From Zootoca vivipara (taxonomy: Eukaryota): a stretch of DNA of 64,000 nucleotides. This document shows, piece after piece, positions 11,953 to 25,163 of this stretch. Position 1 is the first letter of the stretch, and every line of letters begins with the position of its first letter. The translations under genes were made by a program, and so were the position numbers. The stretch lies in NCBI RefSeq assembly GCF_963506605.1, contig NC_083277.1, positions 62,496,001-62,560,000 of the forward strand, written 5' to 3'. The notes under the pieces were generated by a model that was not told where the DNA came from, did no database searches, and worked only from the letters and a program-made list of their open reading frames with translations.

Positions 11953-13269
11953 CCACACAGGAAGGCTTGGCTGGTGGGGCTACTGTGCTTCAGGAAAGGT
12001 CAGTTGCTAGAAATACAGTACTCTTAAGCCACTCGGGGCAGAATGTATAAGAAACAAAATGTATGACGTGACAGAAATCTTGCTAAGAGTTTCCCACCTC
12101 CAGTGACTTCATAGACTCGACTGAAGTGAGGGCAAGGAAACTCTTAACTGGGTGACTTCATGCCACGTGTTCTCTTTTATAAATAATATCAGAGGAGGAG
12201 ATAGATCCTCTGCCATATATAAAAACTTTCCCTGCAAGCCCTGGTATTTTATGGCCATTGAAGTCGGCCTCTTCTTTTGAAGTAGAGGAGCTGGTGCTGT
12301 ATACAAGCTAGGACTCAAATCCAGCAAATTGTGCGTAAATCATCTGCGACTGTGTGTGCCAGGCATTTTGGTACCCCGCAAACCAGCTGTTTGGCAAGGG
12401 CAGGGGCAACTGAATCCTGCGACTCCCAAGGATCTTATCAGTGGGATTTCAGCCTTGTTTAAAGGAGGGATGTTTCTGGGCTCTGCTCCCATTGGACCCA
12501 AACCAGCATATCTAGTTACTTTCACACCATTGATTGGCCCTGAATTACCAGAAGCACTGGGGTAGGAATTAACGGGGTTCTCCACCATCTGCAGCACCTA
12601 CAAGGGTGCCCCATTAAGTTTGTACGGCTAGCGAACTACCAGTTTGCTTCTGTTGCCACCGCGGCACTAAGGAGAAAATACCTTCAAAAATTATCGTCTG
12701 CACACTGCCAGTGTTTTGGCAGAACTGTCCTGTGGTTCCATCAATGTGGGAACAATAACAACGAGTTGTTGTTGTTGTTGTTTTTTAAGGAATGTTCTGC
12801 TCCTTGTGCACCGTGAAAATTTAAGCCATCATTGAACGTAGCCTACACTTTATAGTCGTAGGATTGAGTGGGGCATGTTTGCATGAGAGCAGCAGAACCT
12901 AATAACTTCATGTCCTTCCAAACTACACAGGGAACATCGGTCCGACTCACATTAAATGGACAAGAGTTTTATTTTGGCTGTATTTAGGCCTAGTTCTGCA
13001 TGCCTTTTTCTCTTAAAAAAAAAGTTCTGTGCACTAAAAACATCAAAATCCTGTGCCACGATAATGATTCTGTACACAGCAAAACTAAAATATTTGATGC
13101 ATAATCTGCTTTGCACAACACAGCTGCTGCTTATCAGGGTGGAGAGAAATATATCTGTTAAATATTATTTGCGTATCTGCTTTAACTACTGAAGATTCTG
13201 TTCTGCCCTCCTACCACCCCAGGTTCTGAGTTTTTAGTAGGCATTGGCTGCGCACTAGAGTGGAGGCAT

Positions 13270-13495
13270 GCTAATGCTACATCCACACCATACCTTTAAA
13301 GCACCATGATGCCACTCACTTGCTGCCCACAAAAAGAATTCTGGGAGCTGTAGTTTGTTAAGGGTGCCGAGAGTTATTAGGAGGCCCCTATTCCCCTCAC
13401 AGAGCTACTATTGCCAAAGTGGTTTAACAATCAATCCCTCTTCACAGGAAACTCTGGGAATTGTAGTTTTATGAGGGGAATAGGGGCCTTCCAAT
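13270..13495. mobile_element. Squamate palindromic repeat (MITE-like), partial
   Basis: gggagctgtagtttgttaaggg...ctgggaattgtag. Related sequences at 22990-23530 and 33450-34290. Confidence 0.55.
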
Positions 13496-13643
13496 ACAGT
13501 GTGGAAGGAATTGTAAACACACAAGTCAGGTAGGTAGGTAGGTAGCTAGGTAGGTAACCCACCAATCCATATACAGCCAAACTGCTTGTGGATGCCAGCA
13601 CACCAAGGACTTTCCTTCCTTCCCACCGCCGTTTGTCTGCCAG

Positions 13644-14105
13644 GAACTGCAGCGATGGGTAGCAGGAGCAGAACATCAAGCACGTTCTAGGCTGCAAGAA
13701 AAGATTTCTGCCTGCTTTCCACACGCCAGGGGGAGCAGCAGTTGTAGTAGCCTGCAGTAACCGGCTGGGGGCCCCCCAAAGCAGCCTTTGTTTAAAATGG
13801 ATGTTCCTTCTAGGTCCTACCGGCAGATGCTGCCCTTGCCTAACTCTCTCCACCCTTCCTTTATTTTGCAGCAACGCTTAACATGGCTTCAGTCCGAAGG
13901 CGGCTGTTTACACTTCTGTCAATCTTCCTTTGACCACAGTTGCCCTGCCAGATGTTGGAGAAGAGGGGAAGGGTGGGAAGAAAAAGAAGAAGAAGGCCTT
14001 TGGTGAGGGAAGGACTATGAGAAATTTTGATGCAGATGTCCCACATATAGCTGTAGTGTTTCTTCTCTTTGGCTTTGTAATTAAACTTGGATCTGCTATA
14101 TTCAA
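13644..14105 (+). other. ATOX1: Probable ATOX1 non-coding terminal (3'UTR) exon
   Basis: A donor aag|gtcagt at 11998/11999 follows the stop. A pyrimidine-rich acceptor ...gtttgtctgccag ends at 13643. ATTAAA at 14080-14085 is followed by a U-rich tract. Mammalian ATOX1 has a non-coding fourth exon. Boundaries are inferred. Confidence 0.5.
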
Positions 14106-14264
14106 GTAAACGCCGTGGCTCTTAGTATATATCTTTTCAGCCCTGTTTTCTTTTTGGTGGGGCAGGGGCTGACTTTAAAAATGAGTACCAGCCGTGAGCT
14201 GATTTATTTCAGTCCACCAATGAGATAATATTCTAAAGAGAAGCTAAGATACATCATTGGGTGC

Positions 14265-14445
14265 CTAGGAGTGTAGCTCAGTGCTAGAGCATCTGCTTTG
14301 CATGCAGAAGGTCCCAGGTTTATTCCCTGACATCTCCAGTTAGGGCTGGGAATAACCAACCTGAAACCTTGGAGACCCACTGCCAATCATTGGGGGCAAT
14401 ACTGAGCTTGATGGACCAATGGTGTCACTCGGTATTCGGCCACTA
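14265..14445 (+). mobile_element. tRNA-derived squamate SINE
   Basis: tagctcagtg-tagagcatctgctttgcatgcagaaggtcccagg tRNA(Ala)-like head followed by a non-tRNA body. Confidence 0.7.
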
Positions 14446-14499
14446 GGTTCCAAACACATATTCTTATTGGACCAAAATTCTCCAATGGCAACATAGAAC

Positions 14500-14700
14500 C
14501 GTGTGGCGTAGTGGAACGAGTGTCAGACATGCCAGGGAGGCGAAATCTCTTGTCTTATGTGCAGAGTGACACTTGGATACATTTGACGAGTGACCTTAAA
14601 CAAGTTACTGCCTCTTCAGCCTAACCTACCTGCCCAAGATAGAGGGCCAATAAAAATGGGAGAACCTTATTTGTGCTCCTTGAAAGAAGGTAGGAAGCAA
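14500..14700 (+). mobile_element. MIR/CORE-like SINE (degenerate)
   Basis: gtgaccttaaacaagtt...tcagcctaacctacc; compare 42325-42525. Confidence 0.55.
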
Positions 14701-15429
14701 ATGTAGTGTGTCTTTGTCTTTCCACTTCCAGAAGAGCATCTGCACTGTTCTTTCTGCTGCTATTGAGACGAAACAAGCCAGAAATGGCTGTGGTCACTTC
14801 AGTTAAATACTAAGACAAGAATAGAGACAGATTTTTTTTATTATTTTTTGGTTGAGGAGTGTGGAAATGTTCTCATGCTGCCTGCACCATTTTATTGGGC
14901 TATCAGTGACAGAAGACAATGCATCCAAGGAAAAATCCTAGAGAAGGTGCTGTGAGCAAATAAGCGATAATAGTTGCGTTAATATCCTACAGCTAGCACA
15001 TCTCTGGAGAGCTAAGCTAATTTCCCTCATAGGTCTCAGGAGTAAGTTGTTGTTTGGAAACGATATATAACATTTTCCATCACAACAGTGTACACTGCCA
15101 GACAGAGGTCTTGAATAAGGAGAGATGTGCTAGCTACAGAGATGGGTCTCTCATCTCTCCTTCCACCCTTTCCCAGCTGTCAGTTCATGCCATTTCCTTC
15201 TCTTTATCTCAGTCCTAATAACAATTGTCGCAATGCCACGAGAGTCTGTAAAATGAACCTGAGAAATGCAATCAAAACAAACCTAACAGCTGGGAAGTGT
15301 TCGTTTCATCTCTCCCGCCCCGCCCCACTTAATCACAATAGAAATGGTGGGTGAGGTTTCCTTGTCCTTTAAAACACTCATATACACACTCCACCTTCCA
15401 AGATAACCTTTGGCACTCTATCATCTATC

Positions 15430-16860
15430 ATCTATCTATTTTGATGTCACCCTTCAATGGAGGATCACAGGGCACTTTACAATATGAAAACAAAAAAAAA
15501 AATACATATTGTAACGAATGAGAACAATGCTCTCCTGTGCTTAAAAGGCCATAGATTCTCTAATTAGCCAAAGGCCTGAGAGAAGAGGAATATTTTTGCT
15601 TGATGCCTAAAGATATGTAACGAAGGCGCCAGGTGAGCCTCCCTGGGGAGAGCATTCCACAAGCAGGGAGTCACCACAGAAAAGGCCTGTTTTCATGCTG
15701 CCCCCCTCCTGACCTCTAGCAGAGGAGGCACAGGAAGAGCAACCTCACATGATGATTGCAGGGTCCGGGGAGGTTCATACGGGGACAGGCAGTCCTTGAC
15801 GTATTGCAGTCTTAGTTAAGGCTTAGTAGGGCAAAACCAGCGCTTGGAATTGGGCCCAGAAACTAGTTGGCAGTTCAGCTAAGATTGGCCATTATATACT
15901 CAATCCCATCTTGCCCAGTGCAGAACCTGGCCTCCAAATTCTGCACCAGCTGAAGTTTCTGAGCCATCTTCAGAGGCAGCCCCACGTATAATACATTGCA
16001 GTAATCTAACCTAGAGGTCACCAGAGCACAGATGACAGGAGCCAAGTTATCTTGGTCCATTTGGGGGTGCAGCTGGGCCACCAGCCAAAGCTGATGGAAG
16101 GTACTCTATGCCACTGAGGCCATCTGAGCCAAGTGACAGCCAAGGATCTAGAAGGAACCCCCCCAGCTACGTACATGCCCCTTCAGAGGGAGTGTAACCC
16201 CATCAAGAGCAGGCCACCTCCCATCCATCCAGTCTAGCGAACCACCCACTAACAGCACCTCAGTCTTATCTGGATTGAGCTTCAGTTTGTTGGTTCTCAT
16301 CAGTCCATTACTGAGGCAAGACAACGGTCCAGCACATTCACTGCCACACTTGCAAGTGTAGAGCTGTGTGTTATCAGCATATTGCTGGCAACGTACTCTC
16401 AAACTGTGGATGATGCCACTCAGCAGTTTCATGTAGATGTTAAACAGCGAGGAGGATAAAACTGAGCCCCGAGGAACTCAACATTGAAGGCTCTACAGGC
16501 CCAAAGGGCACTACTCAAGCATTAACCTCTGGAAATGACCATCCAAGTTGGACCACCCCAAAGCATCCATCCATCCCTAGCTTGGACGGCCACTCCAGAA
16601 GGATGCCATGGTTGATGGTATCAAAAGCCACTGAGAGGTCGAGGAGGATTAACAAGGACACATTTCACATGTTCTCTCCCGACAGAGGTGACCAAAGCAG
16701 TTTCTGTGCCAAACCCGGGCCTAAACCCCAATTGAAATGGATCTGGAAAATCAGTTTCCTAGATCAGGTCTGTGACTATCTGCTCAAGATGCTTGCCTAA
16801 GAAGGGGAGACTGGCAACTGGTCAGTTATCACTTAGATTTTCCAAATCCAAAGAGGGCTT
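15430..16860 (-). mobile_element. Degenerate L2 LINE RT region
   Basis: Minus-strand ORF pieces QQYADNTQLY, LKLNPDKTE and SRLDYCNVLYVGLP, broken by frameshifts and deletions. Confidence 0.88.
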
Positions 16861-17066
16861 CTTAAGGAATGGTCTTGCTTGAAGCTGGCAATGGGACTTA
16901 ACAGCATAATTCTGTATATGTGTACTCCTAGTGAATTCAATTCAACTTACTCTCCTGGCTAAGTATGTATAGGACTGCAGCCCAAGTGTCCATAATTCTA
17001 GCCTGGATTGTGGCCATCTCTCTCCCCCTTCACACACACACATACTCCAGCATTAAAGCATTCTTA

Positions 17067-17300
17067 AAGGTAAAGGGACCCCTGACCATTAGGTCCAGTC
17101 ATGATCGACTCTGGGGTTGCGGCACTCATCTCACATTATTGGCCAAGGGATCCGGTGTACAGCTTCCAGGTCATGTGGCCAGCATGACAAAGCCGCTTCT
17201 GGCGAACCAGAGCAGCGCACGGAAACACCGTATACCTTCCCACCAGAGTAAGTACCTATTTATCTACTTGCACTTTGTGCTTTCAAACTTCTAGGTTGGC
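17067..17300 (-). mobile_element. 5'-truncated Sauria SINE
   Basis: Same family as the other copies; flanked by the gcattctta direct repeat. Confidence 0.88.
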
Positions 17301-17721
17301 ATTCTTATTATTTGTTTAAGCCTTACTAAGAGCATTTGAGGTGTGTGACAGAATCATGTCCATTAATGCTTCCGAAGAATCAAATCTTTTGAAACTTGCT
17401 GGGTTTCATGTGCTCAGTTTCTCCACTGGATCATTTGAGTTCACAGCTAGTTGACTCTGTTTACCTATTTAACAGCTTTTCCTTTTAGTTTCTGGCTAAC
17501 CGTAAATGTATGGAAACACTGGGTATTTAGTTTAAAGCCCTTCATAGCTAAAATTAGCTATGAAGTGTGGTTCTTCCAAGGAAGGAGAATGAAATCAAAA
17601 CACACAAACAAAAGGGCTTAACTTTGCTCACTGGTGGTGGAGTAGCAATATTTAAATAAGTTCTTGCAGCCTGCTGCTAAACATTTATTTGGAATATGCA
17701 GAGGATTGCAATTGCAGGGCA

Positions 17722-17870
17722 AGGGAGCTCAGCCGGTTAGAGTGTGGTGCTGATAATGCCAAGGTTGCAACTTTGATCTCCATATGGGGTAGCTACATAT
17801 TCCTGCCTTGCAGGGGGTTGGACTAGATGATCCTCAGCGTCCCTTCCAACTCTACAATTCTATGATTCTA
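17722..17870 (+). mobile_element. tRNA-derived SINE with CR1-type tail
   Basis: agctcagccggttagag head and gggggttggactagatga...ttccaactctacaattctatgattcta tail. Confidence 0.7.
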
Positions 17871-18031
17871 ATGTGATAATGGTTTTAGCCCACTGGTTGG
17901 CAGCTGGACACCTGGGGACTTCATACAGCCCTTGCCCTATTTTTGTGGCGTTCACTTCTCCCTGCATTAAATGGAATATGAGGTGCTGTTTATTGAGCAT
18001 TCACCTTGATTTGTTTGCAGGAAGGTTAGAC

Positions 18032-18167
18032 CAGGCATCCCCAAACTTCGGCCCTCCAGATGTTTTGGACTACAATTCCCATCTTCCCCGACCACTGGTC
18101 CTGTTAGCTAGGGATCATGGGAGTTGTAGGCCAAAACATCTGGAGGGCCGCAGTTTGGGGGTGCCTG
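18032..18167. mobile_element. Palindromic hAT-Charlie MITE
   Basis: Exact TSD ggttagac. Confidence 0.92.
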
Positions 18168-18318
18168 GGTTAGACAATGTTGGCTATTTACCGGGCATTC
18201 GTTCCAATTTGTTTGCAAGGAGGTTAGATGAGGTGCCAAAGCAAGTGTTATTTTGTACTTTCCAGTGCATTTTACAGATTTTATTTGTGACTGTGTGTTT
18301 CATGTAAACCACTTATAG

Positions 18319-18454
18319 CAGGCATGTCAAACCTGCGGCCCTCCAGATGTTTTGGCCTACAACTCCCATGATCCCTAGCTAGCAGGACCAGTGGTTGGGG
18401 AAGATGGGCATTGTAGTCCAAAACATCTGGAGGGCCGCAGGTTTGACATGCCTG
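18319..18454. mobile_element. Palindromic hAT-Charlie MITE (opposite orientation)
   Basis: TIR caggcatgtcaaacctgcgg with an exact TSD acttatag. Confidence 0.92.
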
Positions 18455-19526
18455 ACTTATAGGCTTCGATAAACCATATATAAACAACCTTAAATAAATA
18501 GGTAGTAGTCTACAGCCTGGCAGTCACTCCTCTCCAATTCCAAGCATTCTCCACATCAACTGAAGAAAAGATCAGGGTGGTCTAATCCCTCTGCCTCCCC
18601 ACCACCAAAATAATAATAATAATAATAATAGTTTCTTCAGATTTCATTGCTTAATGAACTAAACTAGAATCTCGGGCAGTGAACGCTTAGAGTGGGGAAT
18701 CTGTTCTCCTTTACAGGGCTTATAGCTACCACACTGCTCCAGAACTGTCCTCTCAGAACCAATAACATATCATTAGTGTGGGACCCTCAGCTCTCTTCTC
18801 CTCTGCCATTATCTCTTAATGGGTTCGGAAAGCCTGTCTTTACTGCATCTGTAATTTTCCTGAATCTTTCTTAGTGCGGCAGGTTTTAGTTAGCCTCTTC
18901 CTCTTCCTCTTTCGCCTCAGGCCCTTGGTGTGTGGTGTCACTGCCTTGTGGTGCAAGATGATGAGTTCATTTTGTGGCATTCGTTCCGCCGTGCCCCCCC
19001 CCTCCTTCAGTATTTCAGCTCCAAGGTATGATATCTGCTCTTTAGCCATCAGGAAGCTACAATATGCAAGACTGGCAACATATATTAAAATGTTAAAAGT
19101 GTGAAAATGCTTTTTTAAAAAACTGTTTTAGCTCACTATCACAATCTAGTGTCACAATTGTATATTGCACTTTACAACACATTCAAAACGTTTTATTTGC
19201 AGCTGTATAGCTGAGTCTCTAGTGATGTATCAAGGTTGTGTGATGGAGGCACAAGGCCAATCTTGTTTGGACTGGTTTCTGATGAAGATGAGAAGATAAC
19301 TGAGTGATCTTAATTTAATATAGCAATCTTCTATTTTTCTTATGGATTTATAGGTTGCCTTCTACATGTGTGTCAAGGCGACTTATAAACAGAGAGAAAC
19401 AGTTTTCGAAACAATCGAAAAATAACCGAGCTGCCATCACCTGGGGCAATAATATTGAAAAGAGGAAACTTTCCAAACTTTTGTTCCCCCAAAACAAATG
19501 CATTTTGCACACACATGCCCTGCAGT

Positions 19527-19886
19527 CAGGGCCAGATTTAGGTTTGATGAGGCCTTAAGCTACTGAAGGTTATGGGACCCTTTATATGTCAAGCTGTCCT
19601 TTGTCAACAACAAATTGTCACTGTTGTTTGTGTTGAATATATGCTATTGTAATTTATGGACCTAATAGGTATCTAAAGCTATTTGCATGTACTGTAACAA
19701 ATAGGAGGTTACACAACACAAAACAAAACAAAACACTGTTGCTGTATGTAGGTTTTATTTTATTAGTTTTTTATCTTATATTCTGGAAATGTACATCCAG
19801 TTTTTTTTCTTTACATTTTTTGGGGGGGCCCGAGAAAGTGGGGTCCAAACTATAGCTTGTTTAGCTTATATGTAAATCCGGCACTG
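19527..19886. mobile_element. hAT non-autonomous element
   Basis: TIR cagggccagattta/taaatccggcactg; degenerate TSD cctgcagt/cccacagt. Confidence 0.65.
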
Positions 19887-21273
19887 CCCACAGTCAGATT
19901 TTGTGATGGGGATAACATTTGCTTGACACAAGGGCACATAACCTGTGTACAAAGAAATCAAGAGGAACGCTCCATAAAAAGCAACCAGAGAAACAAAATA
20001 TGCCCTGTTGCTGCCTTGGCTATTCTTGCCTCATTTCTCCACCCCTTTAATACTCTCATCTTGCTTTCTTGTGCTCCTTTAAAGTCCTTATTTATTTTTC
20101 TAAGGTCTTCTGCGGCAGCAGAGATTGGGGGGGGGAGGGGAGCGACTAGCTGTAGCACTGAGGGAATTCGCCAAGCAGCTGTTGAAATACAGAGGCATCC
20201 CAGAAATGCTAGCACAAATATGCGACAGATTGTGGAGGATGAGAACAGTGAGCAAGCAAATTTAACAAAGGGAAGCCAATGCACAGCTAATCGATAGGCC
20301 GCTCTTATGAACAGGCTTATAGTTATATTATTTGAAGGACCCAGGATTGCTTTATCATTCAATTATGTCTGCCACCCAAGAAAAGGTGGGTGCAAGCTGG
20401 TCCAGAGATGGGGCCTGCTGCCTTCTGTTTTCTGGCCACATCTACTACAAAATTAAAACTGGCTTTGAGTCATTCTGTCTTCTCCAAGAACTGTAATTCT
20501 GGGAAAGGGCAATAGAGATAGTGGGTTCTTAGCATCTCTGGGAACCACAGCTACACCCTACTTTAGCAGCAGCAGCTGCAGCTGCAGCAGCAACAACAAC
20601 AACAACACGGAAAGCGAACAGTTTTCCTGAGACTCTCCCCCCTGGTGCTGCTGCAATGTTTGAGGGCCCAGCACCTCATGGATGGGGTCCACCATCACAC
20701 AGCTTCATCCCATGCAGTTGCCACATGTCATCACCATGTTTGGCACTCCTCGGGAGAAGGGAAACACAGAGTGGTGATATCATGCCACATGCCACGAGGG
20801 AGAAATGTGGGCCTCGGAGGGCCACGCTCCCCCTGTAATTAGGCATTTACTTCTAAGGGAACAAGACTAAGATCAGGCACACATTATGACTGCTGTTTCC
20901 AAACAATGGTCTTTTATAGGGTTGCTGGTTTCAAGCAATGGGCTATGATTCTATACTATTGCTACTTTCAGGCAATGGTCTATGCATTGGAAGCATAGGG
21001 TTATGGTTAGGGTGCTGCTCTTCCCCAAGCAATCATGACTCAACTCCACACAATTGGTGTCCTTGGGATCTACACACAACATTCAGACTTTGTGCAACTA
21101 CATCAAAATCTACCACTTGGAAGTGAATAAGACTGGCTGCTTCTAAGCAAACTGCTGCTATTTCCAGAAATCAATATCTTTCTGGAAGAATAGCATTTCC
21201 TGTCACCTGAGTGGCTTTTCCCCCAGCCGTGAGGATTTATTAGTTAGCACAAAGTTGCTCCCACTATCTAAGG

Positions 21274-21521
21274 CAGGGGTAGGCAACCTAAGGCCCATGG
21301 GCCGGATGCGGCCCATTCACCTTCTCAATCCGGCCTGTGGATGGTCCAGAAATCAGCGGGTTTTTACATGAGTAGAAGATGTCCTTTTATTTAAAATGCA
21401 TCTCTGGGTTATTTATGGGGCATAGGAATTCGTTCATTTCCCCCCAAAAATATACTCTGGCCCACCACATGGTCTGAGGGACGGTGGACCGGCCCCCTGC
21501 TGAAAAAGGTTGCTGACCCTG
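21274..21521. mobile_element. hAT-Charlie non-autonomous element
   Basis: Exact TSD atctaagg; inverted homolog of 7294-7612. Confidence 0.9.
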
Positions 21522-21529
21522 ATCTAAGG

Positions 21530-21667
21530 GATATCTCAGTCAGTAGAGCATGAGACTCTTTAATCTCAGAGTCGTGGGTTTGAGCCTGACATTGGACAAA
21601 AGTTTCCTGCATTGCAGGGGGTTGGACTAGATGACCCTTGTGGTCCCTTCCAACTCTACATTTCTGT
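21530..21667 (+). mobile_element. tRNA-Lys-derived SINE with CR1 tail
   Basis: tagagcatgagactcttt-aatctcagagtcgtgggtttgagcc head; the tail resumes at 21863. Confidence 0.75.
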
Positions 21668-21862
21668 TAGGAAATTGCCAGGATTTCAAAGGCAGAATTG
21701 GCAACTGGGGGGGGGGATTACTGAAAGGCCACGCTTTGTCCTGGATCTTAGCGTTTTTGTTTTTAAAAAAGCTCAACAACTTTTGTGAAAAGCTCAACAA
21801 TTTCAATTGTTTTTAACTTATGGGGTATCCTGGTTTTTACTTTTTGAAATATGGCAACCCTA
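21668..21862. mobile_element. hAT (Blackjack-like) MITE inserted in the SINE tail
   Basis: tagg..ttgccagg / tggcaacccta termini with flanks tttctgt/tttctatg. Confidence 0.55.
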
Positions 21863-23028
21863 TTTCTATGATTCTGTGATTCCGTGTTTACAATCAAAGC
21901 CTCGTATTTACTGGGTGGTGTTATTTTGAAAATTCACTTCCCAGGCAGTAGGAGTGCATTTATTCAACTTCTTCTCTCCCAGCCCCATTTACCCATAAAC
22001 CAAATGAGCTGTTAATTATAAGGAGCTGAAAAGCTTAGGCTATTTAAAAACATCTGTAAAGGAACCAGCAAGGCTGCTTTGGCTGCAGAGTGGGGGGGGG
22101 AAACAAGGCAGGAGTATGGATTTTTAAGGGGAAATGGGAGGATTTCAGGGAAGATAGGGCTCTCCTTACATGCCCTCTGTAGGATCAATACTTACCACCT
22201 AATGTGCTTTTGAAATTTGCTCTGTACAGTAGATACAGGCCTGCCTTTGAAGAGTGTGCAGAAATTTCAGCTGGTGGAGTATGCAGTTGCCCATGTCAGT
22301 TATGTAGACAGGTCCCTGGGAATATGATTACACAAGTGCTCCAGCTGAGAGAGGCATTATCCATCTTCAGTCACAACAAGTGGCCCCAGATAGAGCAGCG
22401 CATCCCCATCTGCATTCAAAGATGTTTTCAGCCAGTTCTGGGGGACTCAGCTGAACATCACTCAGCAGACATAGATGATGGACACCAAGAGGCATGTTAT
22501 CCACATTGGCTGCCAACATGGGAGCCTGCTTCTACATGGATTATGGCACGGGTAGCCAATGTGGTGCTCTCCAGGTGTTGCTGGATTGCAGCTCCCATCC
22601 TTCTTGACCATTGGTTGCTAGGACTGATGGCTAGGAGTTGAAGTTGAGCAACATCTGGAGGGCACCATTGTTGACTACCTCTTAATTAGGGGACCAGTGG
22701 CAAATAGACATTACATCTGAATAAATCCAGGGGTCATGTTGCCAACAAAACGTAAACATGCAATGATTATTAAAGGGGGGGGTGGCTTAACTCTAAAGAA
22801 ATCAAGGACCGATGCTGAAGACCAAATACGATTCCCTCTGTTTCTGAAGTTCACACTGTAAGTGCTGCTGCTGCTAAGGTAGCCAAATGTAATTGCACAA
22901 AATTATTATTTATTCGACGATTTAGGTACCGTAGCCCTTCATCAAAAGATCTCGGGGCAGTTGAAAAGATAAAAGAGCAATCACGGGCTCAAAGAATTCT
23001 GGGCGCTGTAGTCTACCCCTCAGAGAGT

Positions 23029-23443
23029 CAGGCCCATCTTAACCACATTGAGCGCCGTGGCGCAAAGGTCCCTCCTCCGCGGATGCAGAGGAGGGACATG
23101 GTATGGGCGGGCCTGTCGCTGAGGGTGGGCCGGGCTCAGGGGCGCCGCAGTGGGTAGGCCAGGCTGCCTGGTTGTCTTCCAGGGCGCCGGCGCCTCCTCC
23201 TCCTGCATGGAGGCCTCTGCTGGGGGGCGGTGCCGCGCAGCGCCCGGCCTTTTGTCCTCCTCATGCCCCCAACCTGCCAGGCTGAGGCCGGGACTCGAAC
23301 CCGCGGCGGGAGGGAGGGAGGCAAGGAGCAGGGTGAGTGGGAGGGCGGCTGGGATGTCTGGTGGGCGCCGCAGCGCGGCGCCCCCTGGCAACCCGGCGGC
23401 CTGGCGCATTGCGCCACCCAGCCTTGACTTAGGGCCGGCCCTG
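23029..23443. mobile_element. GC-rich hAT non-autonomous element
   Basis: caggcccatctt...agggccggccctg; TSD cagagagt/cacagagt; shares both ends with 40829-40924. Confidence 0.8.
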
Positions 23444-25018
23444 CACAGAGTTACAATTCCCGGCAACTCTTAACAAAGGACAAGGCCCAGAAATGCTTGA
23501 GGGAAAGAATGTGCTCTCCATGTGCTGTGAAAGTCTAATGCATATGCAGCCACAGAGTGCTCAGTAACCACAGAATCCTGGCTGACTGTGAGGGAGAAAC
23601 AGAATACCAGGGGGAAGGAAAATGTACTGGAGGACCAGGAGTCCTGTAAGAGAGCACTCTATGCTGCAACTTTTTGTTGCAGGTCCTACTGGTATAGCCT
23701 AACTTGTTATTATTTTTTGGTAACTTCATTTTGTGGGGTGCCATCTGAATGCTCTTTCAGCTAGGGATAGGGGAGAACTTCAATTCAGCTGGCATTGAAA
23801 GGTGAGCTTACCCAATTTGCATTTTACTAAACAATGCACGAACTGAAACACCACTGCCCTTCAAAATTGCACACCTACCCAGATTCCGCCCTGCAGCCAA
23901 GTAATGCACACCAAAAAATGCATATACTGTGGTAAAGTGTGCATTTAAGCGTGCATTAAAAAAAAAAAGGAAACTGAAATGTAGAAATGTAGAGAAGTGA
24001 ACTTAAGATGGGGAAAATGAGCAATCAAGAAGGAACAAAACTAACCAATTTGCCCAGTTAGGTTCTGCTCTCTTCTGTTACCAGCTGAAGAAGTTGTGGG
24101 GGGCGGGCTGGGACACGGAGAGGAACTGAATTATGAAGAGACTTTGGCAAACAAACTGAGCTCTCTGTTGTTGTATTTTTAAAAAAGTTGCTGTGGCATG
24201 GATCTCAACCCAGCAATACTGAATCTGCTCTTTAATAGTCCTTGACAGACAATATCCCTCTCATGAATCCTCAGAAAGGTACTGTGGATCAAAGGCGGAC
24301 CATTAACAGCGGAGAAAATGTGGCACGGTGACCTGATGCAACACAATCTTCTGATTAAGATCTCATCATCATGACATCTTTTTCGCAGGTGGGCATTGGG
24401 AAACTGCTAGCCAGCGTGTGAAAGGGACACTGTGTTCTTCTGGAGCTGAGAAGAGGCCCAGGGAGAAAAGCAAGAATGCCTTTCTCGATTCCCTTTTAAA
24501 TAATCCTCAGGCAACGCTAAGTGAGTTAATAGCAGCACATCTGGGCCATGTGAGTGAGGCTGGGGAACTCAAAGGCAGCCTCTGTTGACATTATAATGCT
24601 GTGTAGTACCCTAGCGGGGTGATGTGTAGATACTTTATGAAGAAAGCAGTGTCATCCAGCTTTACTTCATTATGCCCATTTGCAAAAAAAATTATGTGGG
24701 CTCATCTTTGTTCCTCTTTTAGTAATCATGAAAAAAAAAATGTTGTCCTTAGGTGCTGGGTGGTATTCATCCTATCTCAAAGGATCCAACTTCCAGGGAC
24801 CGAGAGGGTCTTCACTGTCCCTTAAAATATTTTGGCATTGAATGGCATTGCCATTCAAATGGCGTGTGTGCACCATGTCATGTGATCAATTATGTGGAGC
24901 GGGGCTTACCTTGCCCCCCCAATATTTTATTCAAGTTGGCACCCCTGTTATATAGTGACAAAAGTGTTGTGGGCGCCAGCACAAAATGGCTGCCATGGGC
25001 AACAATAAAAGAGGTGAC

Positions 25019-25163
25019 NNNNNNNNNNNNNNNNNNNNNNNNNNNNNNNNNNNNNNNNNNNNNNNNNNNNNNNNNNNNNNNNNNNNNNNNNNNNNNNNNN
25101 NNNNNNNNNNNNNNNNNNNNNNNNNNNNNNNNNNNNNNNNNNNNNNNNNNNNNNNNNNNNNNN
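25019..25163. other. Assembly gap (145 N)
   Basis: Run of N. Confidence 0.99.

Noticed and set aside
5125-21600. tRNA-like sequences at 5.13, 14.27, 17.72 and 21.53 kb
   Set aside because: The cloverleafs are incomplete and run into SINE bodies or CR1 tails, so they are SINE heads rather than tRNA genes.
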